Source: Dehalococcoidales bacterium | Lineage (GTDB): Bacteria; Chloroflexota; Dehalococcoidia; Dehalococcoidales; RBG-16-60-22 | Reading direction: 5' to 3' | DNA: 64,000 nucleotides | NCBI GenBank assembly: GCA_034414775.1 | Contig: DAOULX010000008.1 | Location: forward strand, 659-64,658 | Part shown: positions 1 through 9,223 of the stretch, piece by piece | Numbering within the stretch: the first letter of the stretch is position 1 | Layout of the letters: each line of letters opens with the position of its first letter | Notes under the pieces: generated by a model | Database searches by the model: none | Seen by the model: the letters and a program-made list of their open reading frames with translations, nothing else | Told to the model about the DNA's origin: nothing | Program-made: the position numbers and the translations under genes

Positions 1-126
1 TCGAATGTAGACTGGTTCCTGTCCATCTAAGATGCAAGTAAGAAAATGTGGTCATGGAGTCAGGTGTATAGTGAATGGCGGCCGCACAACTCCCTTGAAA
101 ACCTAGCGCCGGTGCGATATCATTAA
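1..126 (+). pseudogene. IS3-family transposase OrfB (rve/DDE integrase core) C-terminal remnant; runs off the left edge and carries an in-frame stop
   Basis: Frame 1 reads SNVDWFLSI*DASKKMWSWSQVYSEWRPHNSLENLAPVRYH*. The W..Y...RPH.SL....P tail is the conserved C-terminus of IS3-type transposases. The TAA at 28-30 sits where homologs usually have Glu. Confidence 0.6.
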
Positions 127-276
127 ATGCCTGGGGTCTAGATAAGTGGTGATTCTCTAGGTTTGGCTGATAAAGTTATTTGGTGAAGGGCAGAAAGTCC
201 TAATGTTCTCATAACGACTGATACCGCTTTTAGCGAGGGGCACAATATTAATGACAATTAAACAGGAGGTTGATTA

Positions 277-816
277 ATGACATTAGAGGAATTAGAGAAC
301 AAAATTAAAACTTTGGAAAAATTAGAAGATCGAGTCATTGAATTAGAAAAATGGGAGAATAGAGTTAGAGCTTTGGAGGATCTCGAAGAAATAGAAAAAC
401 TGCAAAGGACATACATGTCTTATTGGGATAATATTGAAGTAGATAAGATTGCAGATTTGTTTACGGAAAATGGGACCGCGGAAGTTCGAGATTCAGGGAT
501 TCGCAGAGGGAAAAAAGAGATCGCAGAATTTTATGTTAGCAAAGGCCCCAACATTAGAAATCGAGACGGCCATTTAAATGGTCAACAGATTGTTCATGTT
601 AATGGAAATGGAGCTGAGGGACATTGGATTGTATATATATTCTTTTTTGGGCAGCCTGTCCAATGGGTGGAGGGTAGAAATGATTGTAAATATATCAAAG
701 TGAATGGTGAATGGAAAATAAGTGAATTAAAATTTAACAGGATTGCGGCTTCGAAACTTGATCTGTTACTCCCTAGCGAGGCCGCCTCCATTAGGAAAAT
801 CGAGGATGCTCGATGA
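277..816 (+). CDS. NTF2-like / SnoaL-like domain protein with N-terminal coiled-coil segment
   Basis: ACAGGAGG lies 7 nt before the ATG. The N-terminus is heptad-like (LEELENKIKTLEKLEDRVIELEKWENRVRALEDLEEIEKL). It is followed by a ~130-aa region (YMSYWDN..ADLFTENGTAEV..WVEGRNDCKYIKVNGEWKI) typical of SnoaL/NTF2-like folds. Paralog of 16662-17180. Confidence 0.7.
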   Translation: MTLEELENKIKTLEKLEDRVIELEKWENRVRALEDLEEIEKLQRTYMSYWDNIEVDKIADLFTENGTAEVRDSGIRRGKKEIAEFYVSKGPNIRNRDGHLNGQQIVHVNGNGAEGHWIVYIFFFGQPVQWVEGRNDCKYIKVNGEWKISELKFNRIAASKLDLLLPSEAASIRKIEDAR

Positions 817-871
817 TAGGGCAAGTAATATTGTGCCTATTAATTAATAACTGAAAACTTTCTTGATCAGC

Positions 872-924
872 TCGATTCGGAATTAAGGAAGCAATCACTC
901 CTATATGTATGTGATTAAGTGATA
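872..924. repeat. ~52-nt segment duplicated at 16573-16623 (tail plus 3' flank of a lost SnoaL-like paralog)
   Basis: tcgattcggaattaaGgaagcaatCactcctAtatGTATgtgattaAgtgata aligns with tcgattcggaattaaAgaagcaatAactcctGtataCgtgattaGgtgata. The similarity ends exactly where the IS3-like end starts (925). Confidence 0.7.
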
Positions 925-1010
925 TGTATGTAGTCAGCGAAAGTGGGGCAATTTAGCCACTTGAGATAACGGACACTTATTGGAGATTGCCCTGTTTGTA
1001 TGTAGTCAGC
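925..1010 (+). mobile_element. solo IS3-family-like terminal inverted repeat (left-end type) with a subterminal repeat of its first 14 nt; no transposase follows
   Basis: TGTATGTAGTCAGCGAAAGTGGGGCAATTTAGCCACTTGAGATAACGGACAC (925-976) aligns with 62786-62838. It aligns more loosely with the IR in front of the orfA stub at 31056 (TGTTGTGGTCTAATAAAACGGACAC). TGTATGTAGTCAGC recurs at 997-1010. Confidence 0.5.
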
Positions 1011-1039
1011 TGGGACTGTTGCCGAAGTACTGTAGTAAG

Positions 1040-1079
1040 CAGTGAATAACCCCCCAGCAAGCTGGGGGGTTATTCACTG
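1040..1079. repeat. perfect palindrome, 19-bp arms with 2-nt centre
   Basis: cagtgaataaccccccagc-aa-gctggggggttattcactg. A degenerate relative at 16219-16250 shares GGGGT..TTCACTGAC. Confidence 0.8.
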
Positions 1080-1496
1080 ACGATATTTTTAACTTAGATT
1101 TCTCTCACATTGCAACAAAAATGGAAAGCGGAGAGATAGTTCCTGATACCAAACTTTTAGAAATTTCCTACGATGGGCCATACGAGATTTCATGCATGCA
1201 ATTATATAATGAACAATGCTTCCCCGAACAATTTTTCTCGATAACTCAAAAAATAGTTAATTATCTATATCTTCGTTGGAAAGAATCTTTTGAATTTGTC
1301 AGCAAGGAAGATGTTGATATTACAGCTGAATTTGATATTTAACTTTAATAAACACTACATATATTTGCAAACATTTTTGCTAACGAACTTTTAAGTACGA
1401 AAAGATGAGTAAAGATACCATCTGGTACAAAACGAAGCTAATTTGAATACGCAAAGGAGTTAATAACTACGATTCTTCACTCGGAGGTACAATACG

Positions 1497-1545
1497 CCTG
1501 TATCTTTTAATCAGGGTGTCGCAGGTTCGAGACCTGCACGGCCTA
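1497..1545 (+). other. tRNA-like 3' fragment (T-arm plus 3' acceptor strand) with no matching 5' half
   Basis: GCAGG-TTCGAGA-CCTGC (1521-1537) is a canonical T stem-loop and is followed by ACGGCCTA. No complementary 5' acceptor strand or regular 7-nt anticodon loop lies upstream. Confidence 0.3.
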
Positions 1546-1587
1546 CTTGATTCAGAAGCCCCACCCATCTCAGGAGATTTCCATAGA

Positions 1588-1636
1588 ATCAGGGTGTCAA
1601 GTCACGAGTCAAACCGACACCCTGATTTTATTGTTT
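1588..1636 (+). terminator. rho-independent terminator-like hairpin
   Basis: The 11-bp stem atcagggtgtc / gacaccctgat (1588-1598 / 1616-1626) is followed by TTTTATTGTTT. Confidence 0.5.
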
Positions 1637-1781
1637 CTCGGACAAAATTTCAAGTAATTTTGGTTTGAATTCTCCAAATATCACAATCTACTTCTTTGTT
1701 ACCCTCGAACAAATAACCAGTATTTGTGTGTTGACATTAAAAGGGGCGCTGGGTTTCTATGTATTCTGCTAATCCTTAATA

Positions 1782-2696
1782 TCAAAGCATACCTCTCAGC
1801 CTTGGGTCGAGTGCATCACGGAGTCCGTCTCCTACCATGTTAAAAGCGAAGACTACCACCATAATCGCGATCCCAGGCGCAAATGAGAGCACCGGATTAG
1901 AAATCAGATACCGGTAACCATCATTAACCATGGCGCCCCAGGCCGCCCCCGGCGGTTTGATACCGATGCCAAGGAAACTGAGCCCGGCCTCGGCCAGGAT
2001 GATGGTCCCCAGTTGCAATGTAATGAGCACAATCATCGGTGGTAAAGCGTTTGGCAGGATATGCGAAAGCATGATGCGCTGGTTGCTGGATCCAATTGCG
2101 TGTTCGGCTAAAATATAATCATTCTCTTTGGTACTGAGGGTCAGACCGTGCATTACTCTGGCGTAACCAGGTAGCGTGCCGATGGCGAGGGCGATAATGA
2201 CGTTCTGGATACCGCCTCCAAGCAGGGCGGCCATAAAAAGGGCAAAAATTATCATCGGAAAGGATATTAGTAGATCCATAATTCTCATAATTATCATATT
2301 GATGATTTTATTGCTGAAGTACCCTGCAATTAGCCCTAGCATTACGCCAACCACGGCGGCAAACCCGGTCGTGGCGAAGCCTACCATAATCGTTGTCCTC
2401 GAACCGTAGATAAGACGGCTGAGAGTATCCCTTCCCAGCGAATCGGTACCCAGTAAATGCTCCGGATTTGGTTGTTGCAGAGTGCTTCTCATATCCTGTT
2501 TATAAGGGTTATAAGGCGCCAGCAGTGGTGCAAATATAGCAGTTACAACGAGGAGAAACAGTATCAAGAGCCCGAAAATAATCAGTCTCCGGGCAAAAAA
2601 TACCCTGCGAAAGCGTCTCCACTCATTTACCCGCGGCGGGGCTTCTGAAAAAACTGTATCGGTATCACTTTTTACCCTGACCATTTCGGATATCAC
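1782..2696 (-). CDS. ABC transporter permease, DppC/OppC-type (peptide/nickel family)
   Basis: 304 aa with multiple hydrophobic spans. The N-terminal SEAPPRVNEWRRF and C-terminal FNMVGDGLRDALDPRLRG are typical of this permease family. It abuts the upstream permease gene. Confidence 0.9.
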   Translation of the reverse strand: MISEMVRVKSDTDTVFSEAPPRVNEWRRFRRVFFARRLIIFGLLILFLLVVTAIFAPLLAPYNPYKQDMRSTLQQPNPEHLLGTDSLGRDTLSRLIYGSRTTIMVGFATTGFAAVVGVMLGLIAGYFSNKIINMIIMRIMDLLISFPMIIFALFMAALLGGGIQNVIIALAIGTLPGYARVMHGLTLSTKENDYILAEHAIGSSNQRIMLSHILPNALPPMIVLITLQLGTIILAEAGLSFLGIGIKPPGAAWGAMVNDGYRYLISNPVLSFAPGIAIMVVVFAFNMVGDGLRDALDPRLRGML

Positions 2697-3653
2697 CTAG
2701 CCGTACCGTATCCTGGGATCGAGCCAGCCATAAGATATATCGACTATTAGATTCACCACCAGAACAATGGTGCCAAATATGAGTGTGGTAGCCTGAACGA
2801 CGACATAGTCCTGGTTGAAAATAGAATTTACCATCATCCTGCCCATACCCGGAATATTAAAAACGGTCTCGATGAACACGGAGCCACCGAAGATCATGCC
2901 GACGGCAAAACCCATCAGGGTAATTACCGGAATCAGGCTGTTTTTTAGCATGTGCTTGATTACGATGGTGCGCTCCCGCAGCCCCTTTGACCAGGCCGTG
3001 CGGATATAGTCCTGCCGGGCGACTTCAAGCACGCTTGACCTCATTTGCCGCGACATCGAGGCCAGGCCAAGTACGCTCCCACAAGCTACAGGCATAATTA
3101 ATTGCCGGGTATTCAGCCAGAAATCCTCGAATGGGGATTCATACCCGCCGATGGGCAGCCAGCCAAGCTTGAGACCGAAGGCATAAATAAGCAAAATACC
3201 CAGCCAGAAAACGGGCACGGTTATCCCCACGTAAGCCAATGGCGTCACAATTTGATCGGCTAACTTACCCCGTCTTAATCCCGCCAGGAGACCAGATAAC
3301 GTCCCCAAGATGGTGGCGACAATAAATGACAGCACTCCAATATGGGCTGTTATGGGAAAACGCTTGACTATCAGCTTGCCAACATTTTCATTGTAAAATA
3401 TCGACCTTCCCAGATCACCCCGCAAAACTTTGCTTACCCAGTTATAATATTGCACCAGGATCGGCTTATCCAGTCCGTGCTCAGCCCGCAGTTGCGCAAG
3501 CGCTTCGGGTCCTATATTCGATATCTGGCTCTGGGCAATATAGATCATCAGTGGGTCGCCGGGTAGGAGCCGCATGGCGAAAAAAATGACCAGTGTCAGC
3601 ATAATAATGATAACCAGTGCCCATATCAATCGCCGGATGATATATGTCGTCAT
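2697..3653 (-). CDS. ABC transporter permease, DppB/OppB-type
   Basis: 318 aa. The MTTYIIRRL start and C-terminal VDISYGWLDPRIRY are typical of DppB-like permeases. It forms an operon with 1782-2696. Confidence 0.9.
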   Translation of the reverse strand: MTTYIIRRLIWALVIIIMLTLVIFFAMRLLPGDPLMIYIAQSQISNIGPEALAQLRAEHGLDKPILVQYYNWVSKVLRGDLGRSIFYNENVGKLIVKRFPITAHIGVLSFIVATILGTLSGLLAGLRRGKLADQIVTPLAYVGITVPVFWLGILLIYAFGLKLGWLPIGGYESPFEDFWLNTRQLIMPVACGSVLGLASMSRQMRSSVLEVARQDYIRTAWSKGLRERTIVIKHMLKNSLIPVITLMGFAVGMIFGGSVFIETVFNIPGMGRMMVNSIFNQDYVVVQATTLIFGTIVLVVNLIVDISYGWLDPRIRYG

Positions 3654-3837
3654 TTTCTACCTCGAAAACTCGTGCTGCGTCTGCCCATAGACACTCTTTA
3701 ACCGTTGTTCCTCCCCCCGTATCGGTTCCACTGATGGTCGCCATAATCCTACCATGGAATATTAGGCTCGTTTACCGGGCGATTACTCAAATGGTCACAG
3801 GCAAGTTCAAAGTTACTACATGTTACTTCAATGTATT

Positions 3838-3902
3838 TTGATTGTCAATCTGAAATCCCTATAATATCCGTTATTGACAAAACGTAATTTATTGCTGATA
3901 AT
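3838..3902 (+). promoter_or_regulatory. two tandem sigma70-like promoters upstream of the binding-protein gene
   Basis: TTGATT(3838-3843)-16 nt-TATAAT(3860-3865) and TTGACA(3874-3879)-17 nt-GATAAT(3897-3902). They would give a ~150-190 nt leader before the ATG at 4057. Confidence 0.4.
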
Positions 3903-4056
3903 CTGATAGTGGTACAAAACCAATAAATATGAAATAGCCCGGCTGACAGAGTACTAACTTTAAAAACTGGGAGGGAGGCGAAAATGTAATGCGCAAGGTA
4001 CCCTCGAAAAAAGCTAATGACTGGTATGTTAATAAAGGAGGTTGGAAAGCAAAATA

Positions 4057-5682
4057 ATGAAGAAATTATTGATTTTAGCTCTAGCAATCATTGTCATCGG
4101 TAGTTTGTTGATTGGCGGTTGTGCTGAGACGACCAAACCGGCTGAGACGACCAAACCGACCGAGCCGGCCAAGACCACCGAGCCGGCCAAGACCACCGAG
4201 CCGACCCCAGCACCCGGCACGCCGAAGAGCGGTGGTACGTTGAGAGTGCTCTGGCAGGCCTGGGTAAGCAACCTGAGTTGGATCCCGGAACAGAGTATGA
4301 ATGATGAGGGCTTTGCCAAAGCCTATGCGGAGACGCTCGTATACTGGTCTGGCTCAGGAGATTTCGAGCCCGAACTGGCTAAGTCCTGGGAGATCGACGA
4401 GGTCAACAAGACCCTGACCTTTTACTTGGAAGAGGGCGTTAAGTTCCACGACGGCACTCCCTTCAATGCCGAGGCCGTAAGATGGAATGTACAGAACCTT
4501 ATAGACAGCAAAAGGTTGGCCAACAGTCAATACGTGGACTCTATCGAGGTGATCGATGATTATACCTTCCGCTACAATCTCAACGCAGTATTTACTCCGT
4601 CAATTATGTTGCACTCTTATGGCTATAACCTCTGCACCATGTTTTCACCCACGGCTTTCGAAAAGAACGGCGGTAGAGATTGGGCTGTTTCCCATTTTGT
4701 CAGCACTGGACCATTTAAATTCGAGAGTTGGGAGCAGGATGTCTCGATGAGAATAGTGAGGAATGATGATTACTGGCGCGGCGACCCCTATCCCTATCTT
4801 GACGCTATAGAATTTATCTTCATTGCTGACTCGACCGTCGCTGCAGCCAAGATGCAGGCCGGAGAAGCGGATGCCTGGCAATACCCGGTGTTGAAAGAGT
4901 CGACGGATTTAGAAAAACTGGGTTTCAATGTAATCGTTGGAGTCGGCGGTATGTATTCCGAACTCATCCCGGACAACGTATCCGAAGGCTCGGTCTACAA
5001 GGATAAAAGGGTCCGCGAGGCGGTGGAGTATGCCATTGATAGGGATTCAATGGCAATAGGACTGGGGTACGGCAAACTAAAAGCTGTGAAACAAGCCGGT
5101 GGTCCAGAAACCAGCCAGGGTTATAACCCGAACTTCAAAATGCGGGAATACAACCCGGAGAAGGCGAAAGAGCTGTTGGCAGAAGCCGGTTATCCCGACG
5201 GCTTTTCGACCACGATTCTCGTCATGCAGGGCGACCAGCAGGACATAGCTACTTCAATTCAGGCAAGTCTAGCAGATGTTGGCATCGAGGCTGAAGTGGA
5301 TGTAGCTGACCCGGGTAGGTTCATCGGCTCGATATACCAGGGCGGCTGGAACGGCGGCCTGTTGTTATGGATGGTCCCGGTTGACCCGGAATTCGCCATT
5401 GGCTGGTTCGTGCATTTCGGCCCGCAGCCTATTTTCCCTTACCCCAGCCTACAATGGCCGGATGAATACCGTGAACTGGTAGAAAAAGTACGCCTGGCAC
5501 CCACTCTTGATGAGATGCGTGCGGCTACCATGGAAATGATGACCCTGGTCACTGAAGGGGCATATCTCATCCCGCTTATGGATTTCCTGAACCTATACGT
5601 CGTCACAGACTATGTAAGGACCGAACGCTACCACGACCACTTCATGGTCTGGCATAACTATAATGATTGGCTGGATAAATAG
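4057..5682 (+). CDS. ABC transporter substrate-binding lipoprotein, family 5 (DppA/OppA/NikA-type)
   Basis: A signal peptide plus lipobox (LLIGG-C) is followed by the linker ETTKPAETTKPTEPAKTTEPAKTTEPTPAPG. The body contains VKFHDGTPFNAEAV and VREAVEYAIDR. I prefer the ATG at 4057 (MKKLLIL), because the ORF-track start at 4042 is a TTG abutting AAGGAGG. Confidence 0.9.
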   Translation: MKKLLILALAIIVIGSLLIGGCAETTKPAETTKPTEPAKTTEPAKTTEPTPAPGTPKSGGTLRVLWQAWVSNLSWIPEQSMNDEGFAKAYAETLVYWSGSGDFEPELAKSWEIDEVNKTLTFYLEEGVKFHDGTPFNAEAVRWNVQNLIDSKRLANSQYVDSIEVIDDYTFRYNLNAVFTPSIMLHSYGYNLCTMFSPTAFEKNGGRDWAVSHFVSTGPFKFESWEQDVSMRIVRNDDYWRGDPYPYLDAIEFIFIADSTVAAAKMQAGEADAWQYPVLKESTDLEKLGFNVIVGVGGMYSELIPDNVSEGSVYKDKRVREAVEYAIDRDSMAIGLGYGKLKAVKQAGGPETSQGYNPNFKMREYNPEKAKELLAEAGYPDGFSTTILVMQGDQQDIATSIQASLADVGIEAEVDVADPGRFIGSIYQGGWNGGLLLWMVPVDPEFAIGWFVHFGPQPIFPYPSLQWPDEYRELVEKVRLAPTLDEMRAATMEMMTLVTEGAYLIPLMDFLNLYVVTDYVRTERYHDHFMVWHNYNDWLDK

Positions 5683-5708
5683 TCCAAAATCCTGATGGAT
5701 AGAAAAGA

Positions 5709-5772
5709 CCGGATGGTTCAGCCTCGTACACAGAAAAATCGGAATGAAGCTGAACCATCCGGCTTAATTTTT
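5709..5772 (+). terminator. rho-independent terminator after the binding-protein gene
   Basis: The 14-bp stem ccggatggttcagc / gctgaaccatccgg (5709-5722 / 5749-5762) is followed by CTTAATTTTT. Confidence 0.6.
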
Positions 5773-6267
5773 AGATACTATATATATGAAAGAGTTCTAT
5801 ATGATAAAACTTCGGCGGGGATAGGGTGACAGAGTATAAGCGTTGAACAACAGGGCTGTTGAGATACTAAAAAAAAGAGGGCGAAATCCATCACTCCTCT
5901 AGCTGTACCATTGCTTACTATCCTGGTTTTTCCGGTTTTTTGAGTTCGGGCAGGAAAGTAATAATCCTCTTTTTTTACGAGACTTGTTTTTATTGTTAGC
6001 AAATAAACACCGGCATATAATGAGGGCCAGAATATAAGTAACAAGTTCATCCAAATGTGATTCTACTGTACCTTATTCGTTTCACGGTCTCCATTGGAAC
6101 ACTAAAAGATATCGCATGCATTCGTTAGTATTTTTCTATTAGATCATAAGAGACAATTCGAAACAGAGGATCTATGGCTGATAGTTCGGCAAAATCGTTG
6201 ACGTGAGCCAATTGATCCTGGTTGTGTATTTTTGAGTATACACTGAGAAAGTTTAGAAGATACCGAG

Positions 6268-6424
6268 GAAGTTCATGATATTTGTACCGGTACCGGGTAT
6301 CCTGGCTCGGTTGCCGACATTTATTGGCTCAGTTACCGGCGGTGGCAGTTCCGCCATGGCGCACGATTTATTCGGAGCCGAGAGTATCGTTCGAAAGCAG
6401 AACGGGGCCGATGTTAAAAATTAG
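6268..6424 (+). pseudogene. fragment of an FAD-dependent oxidoreductase paralogous to 17200-18735 (N-terminal ~50 aa, frameshifted and internally deleted)
   Basis: One frame reads EVHDICTGTGYPGSVAD (GxGxxG). After a +1 shift it reads GSVTGGGSSAMAHDLFGAESIVRKQNGADVKN*. The intact gene has GSTGGTSAMAHDLFGVESIVQKRMGTD. Confidence 0.55.
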
Positions 6425-7880
6425 TTGTTAAACCATTCGGATCAATGGCTGCCTGAAGCTTATGCCACCAGAGGTGGAAATTGGACATTCCCGGTCCGTA
6501 TTTATCAAGCTGGTTCTCCTGGTGAAAAATGAAATAGTGTTCGTTATAGGCCCTCGCAGTCTGCTCATTGAACCATTCTTGCACCGCCTTCCCGGCGTCA
6601 GGGTCAGTAGGGTCGTATCTACAAAATATTTCTGTCTTGCCGAGATGGGCGTTTTCAACTCCCCACCCGAAAAAGGCTCCGGCGTCATCTACTACCTGGC
6701 CTTTTTTAACCAGCTCTTTCTTGGCCTTGCCGGCACCGATAGCCCACTTGATAATCAGATCTCTCTGACCCATAAATGGAATCCCGGTGAGGCCCCCTGC
6801 GGCGCGGAAGGTCTCCCTGATAGAGGCGCTGATCCTGGTGCATTGACACAGCAGGATTCCTTCAACCTCCGGGTCTTCGACCATTTTCAGAGACTTCCCG
6901 TTAGCGCCCTTGATAATCTTCTCCAGCACCTTCTTCTTGTAGGCGAAGTCACCGGCCGAGTTGCCGGCAATGATGATAAAAAAGCCTGGCCCCTGCACTT
7001 CCTTGCTTATCCGTCCAAAGACTTCTATCTCCTCCTCGCCGCAGGTGGTGATATTACAGGCCACCATGGCCGCGTTAAATCCCATCAACACTAAAGCTAT
7101 TTCACTCTCGCCGATCTTGAGTTCCGCCTGCCACATTTTCTCTACCGAGGAGAAGCTGTAATAGCGCGCCATCATGTAAGGGGGTATCTCGCTCAGCGTG
7201 TATTTCGGTGATTTTCCGACCACCGGATAGCTCGCCGGCCCTGGCCAGTGGTAAAGCTTGATGGCCGCCTTGGCAAATACCCCCGGCGTCACGCCAGGCG
7301 GCATCACACTGTTAATGAGACTCCTTAAAGACGGGCCGGGCCCGTCACCGGTGAACCACTCGTCTGTAGAACCGAGTGCACCCAGTCTGACGAGGTCACC
7401 TGCAGGAGTCACCCACTCTATCGCCAGATGGTTCCTGTCTTCACCGCTGGTATATTCATCCATATGTCCATGGCCTCTAAGCAACGCCGTGCAGTTGGAT
7501 CCGGCTCCCTTCACGTTCAAGTTCAAGCCTCTCTTAAACAACTCAGCTTGCAGTTGTCCGGAGATCACGTAAGGCTCAACTACCGCATACATGTTCTTTT
7601 CATTGATTTCGATAATGCGGTTCATCCTTCTCAGGTCCAGCAAAATAATATCCTTGGGGAACCTTCCCATCCACATCCAACCTGTGCAGATAGGCCTGAA
7701 CTGCAACTTGTGCTTGTTACAGAGCTTGACCACGGCCTGAACTCCCGCTGTGTCCTTGGGAAGTATGACGGCGGCAAACTCGCCGTTAAAATAGGCGGGC
7801 GTAATGGCGGAATCAGAGCAGATATTCTCCTCCCCCACCACGTCCTCGAATTCCCGGTATATTTCTTGGCTCAAAGCCAT
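6414..7880 (-). CDS. FAD-binding (PCMH/FAD_binding_4-type) oxidoreductase subunit, GlcE/GlcD-like
   Basis: 488 aa with N-terminal AVILPKDTAGVQAVVKLCNKHKLQFRPICTG..NRIIEINEKNMYAVVEPYV. It shares an operon with an Fe-S CCG protein and a second FAD oxidase. Confidence 0.75.
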   Translation of the reverse strand: MALSQEIYREFEDVVGEENICSDSAITPAYFNGEFAAVILPKDTAGVQAVVKLCNKHKLQFRPICTGWMWMGRFPKDIILLDLRRMNRIIEINEKNMYAVVEPYVISGQLQAELFKRGLNLNVKGAGSNCTALLRGHGHMDEYTSGEDRNHLAIEWVTPAGDLVRLGALGSTDEWFTGDGPGPSLRSLINSVMPPGVTPGVFAKAAIKLYHWPGPASYPVVGKSPKYTLSEIPPYMMARYYSFSSVEKMWQAELKIGESEIALVLMGFNAAMVACNITTCGEEEIEVFGRISKEVQGPGFFIIIAGNSAGDFAYKKKVLEKIIKGANGKSLKMVEDPEVEGILLCQCTRISASIRETFRAAGGLTGIPFMGQRDLIIKWAIGAGKAKKELVKKGQVVDDAGAFFGWGVENAHLGKTEIFCRYDPTDPDAGKAVQEWFNEQTARAYNEHYFIFHQENQLDKYGPGMSNFHLWWHKLQAAIDPNGLTTNF

Positions 7881-7898
7881 GATTCATTACCACCTTTC

Positions 7899-9164
7899 TT
7901 AGATTGCCTTCTCGACCAGTTCGAGGATATCGTATACCTTCAGGCCGCCACCACCTGCCCTGAAGGCTTCATTAAAGGTTTTCTCACACCAGGGACAGGC
8001 GGTCACTATCGCCTCGGCGCCGGAGGCTACCGCTTCATTAATCCTCTCCACCGCCGTCCACCTGGCGAATTCCGGGTTCGATTCATTGACACCGCCGCCG
8101 GCTCCACAGCACCAGGCGTATTCCTTAATCCTGGTCATCTCCATGAGCTTTATGCCAGGAAGGCTCTTGAGAACATCCCTCGGAGGTTCGTAGACGCCTT
8201 TGGTTCCCCGCCGGTATTCCTTCGGCGGGTCGAAAATAAACCTGTCCCCGGGAATCTTTTTCCCTGACCAGTGTATCCAGGGCTCACCCAGCCTGCCGAG
8301 ATAGCACGGGTCATGATAAGTCACGTTTAAATTCACCTTCTTGGCCGGCTTTAGCTTGCCTTCCTTAATCAGCTTATCAATGTATTCGGTAATATGGAGC
8401 ACCTGAAGGTCGCCCTTAAGGTTGAATTTATCGTAGAGCACTTTAAACGCCTGATACCCGTCAGCACAACCGGTTACCAGCGTTTTGATACCGGCTTTTT
8501 TCATCATCGCCATGTTCTTCTTCGCCTGAGAAAGAAAGTCTTCTTGGTAACCCATCTGGTAAGCCCGACCGCCACAGCAAATCTCGGCGTCTCCGGCAAT
8601 GCCGAAATTGACGTTCGCCTTCTGCATTATCTTCACGGCTGCTTTGGCGAGCTTCCACATTTCCCTGTCATAGCTTGTTAAACAGCCGACATGATATAGC
8701 ACGTCCACTTTCTCTTCAGTGGCATTCTTCAAATCGAGCCCGATAGCCCAGTCACCACGCTTGCCCTTGACGGGTACCATGGAGTTTGTCTTCCTGAGTC
8801 CGGCAACAACCTTTTCCAATACCGGGTCCGTTTGACCGTCCTCAACACACTTGATCCTGAACTCATTAATGGGCTGGAGCACTTCCATGTCCATAGCATA
8901 ATTACACGAGACCCCGCAGGCACCGCACATCTGACAGTTATAAACGATATGGCGAAGCCTATCGGTATATTGGACCTGGTTCTTCAACATGGCCGCCGCG
9001 ATATTCAATCTACCGCCGCCGGAGTAGGCATGAAAATTGTACCTCGCTATGCTGGGACACACATAAGAATATTGAAGTCCCTGAATCTTCTGCATTGGTA
9101 TGAACTTGCACGCTGAACACCGGCAGCACATACCGACATCACCCCGGTATTGTTCCAGTCCCAT
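7899..9164 (-). CDS. (Fe-S)-binding CCG-domain protein, GlcF/LutA/HdrD-like
   Basis: It has two ferredoxin-type Cys motifs (CCRCSACKFIP.., CQMCGACGVSC) and two CCG domains (AEICCGGRAY, YAWCCGAGGGV..ACPWC). Confidence 0.85.
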   Translation of the reverse strand: MGLEQYRGDVGMCCRCSACKFIPMQKIQGLQYSYVCPSIARYNFHAYSGGGRLNIAAAMLKNQVQYTDRLRHIVYNCQMCGACGVSCNYAMDMEVLQPINEFRIKCVEDGQTDPVLEKVVAGLRKTNSMVPVKGKRGDWAIGLDLKNATEEKVDVLYHVGCLTSYDREMWKLAKAAVKIMQKANVNFGIAGDAEICCGGRAYQMGYQEDFLSQAKKNMAMMKKAGIKTLVTGCADGYQAFKVLYDKFNLKGDLQVLHITEYIDKLIKEGKLKPAKKVNLNVTYHDPCYLGRLGEPWIHWSGKKIPGDRFIFDPPKEYRRGTKGVYEPPRDVLKSLPGIKLMEMTRIKEYAWCCGAGGGVNESNPEFARWTAVERINEAVASGAEAIVTACPWCEKTFNEAFRAGGGGLKVYDILELVEKAI

Positions 9165-9223
9165 TTTTCGCTCCTTTTTTATTATTCACCTTATTTCCCC
9201 TTGCACTCACTTTCCTCACCACC

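Noticed and set aside
1121-1342. 73-aa ORF on the + strand
   Set aside because: It has no RBS and no recognisable family. It lies in AT-rich IS debris, so I cannot support it as a gene.
5778-6050. 90-aa ORF on the - strand in the AT-rich spacer
   Set aside because: It has no RBS and no homology signal, and the region looks like decayed non-coding DNA between the SBP terminator and the oxidoreductase fragment.
7428-8267. 279-aa ORF on the + strand
   Set aside because: It is antisense to the FAD oxidase and CCG Fe-S genes and has no motif support.
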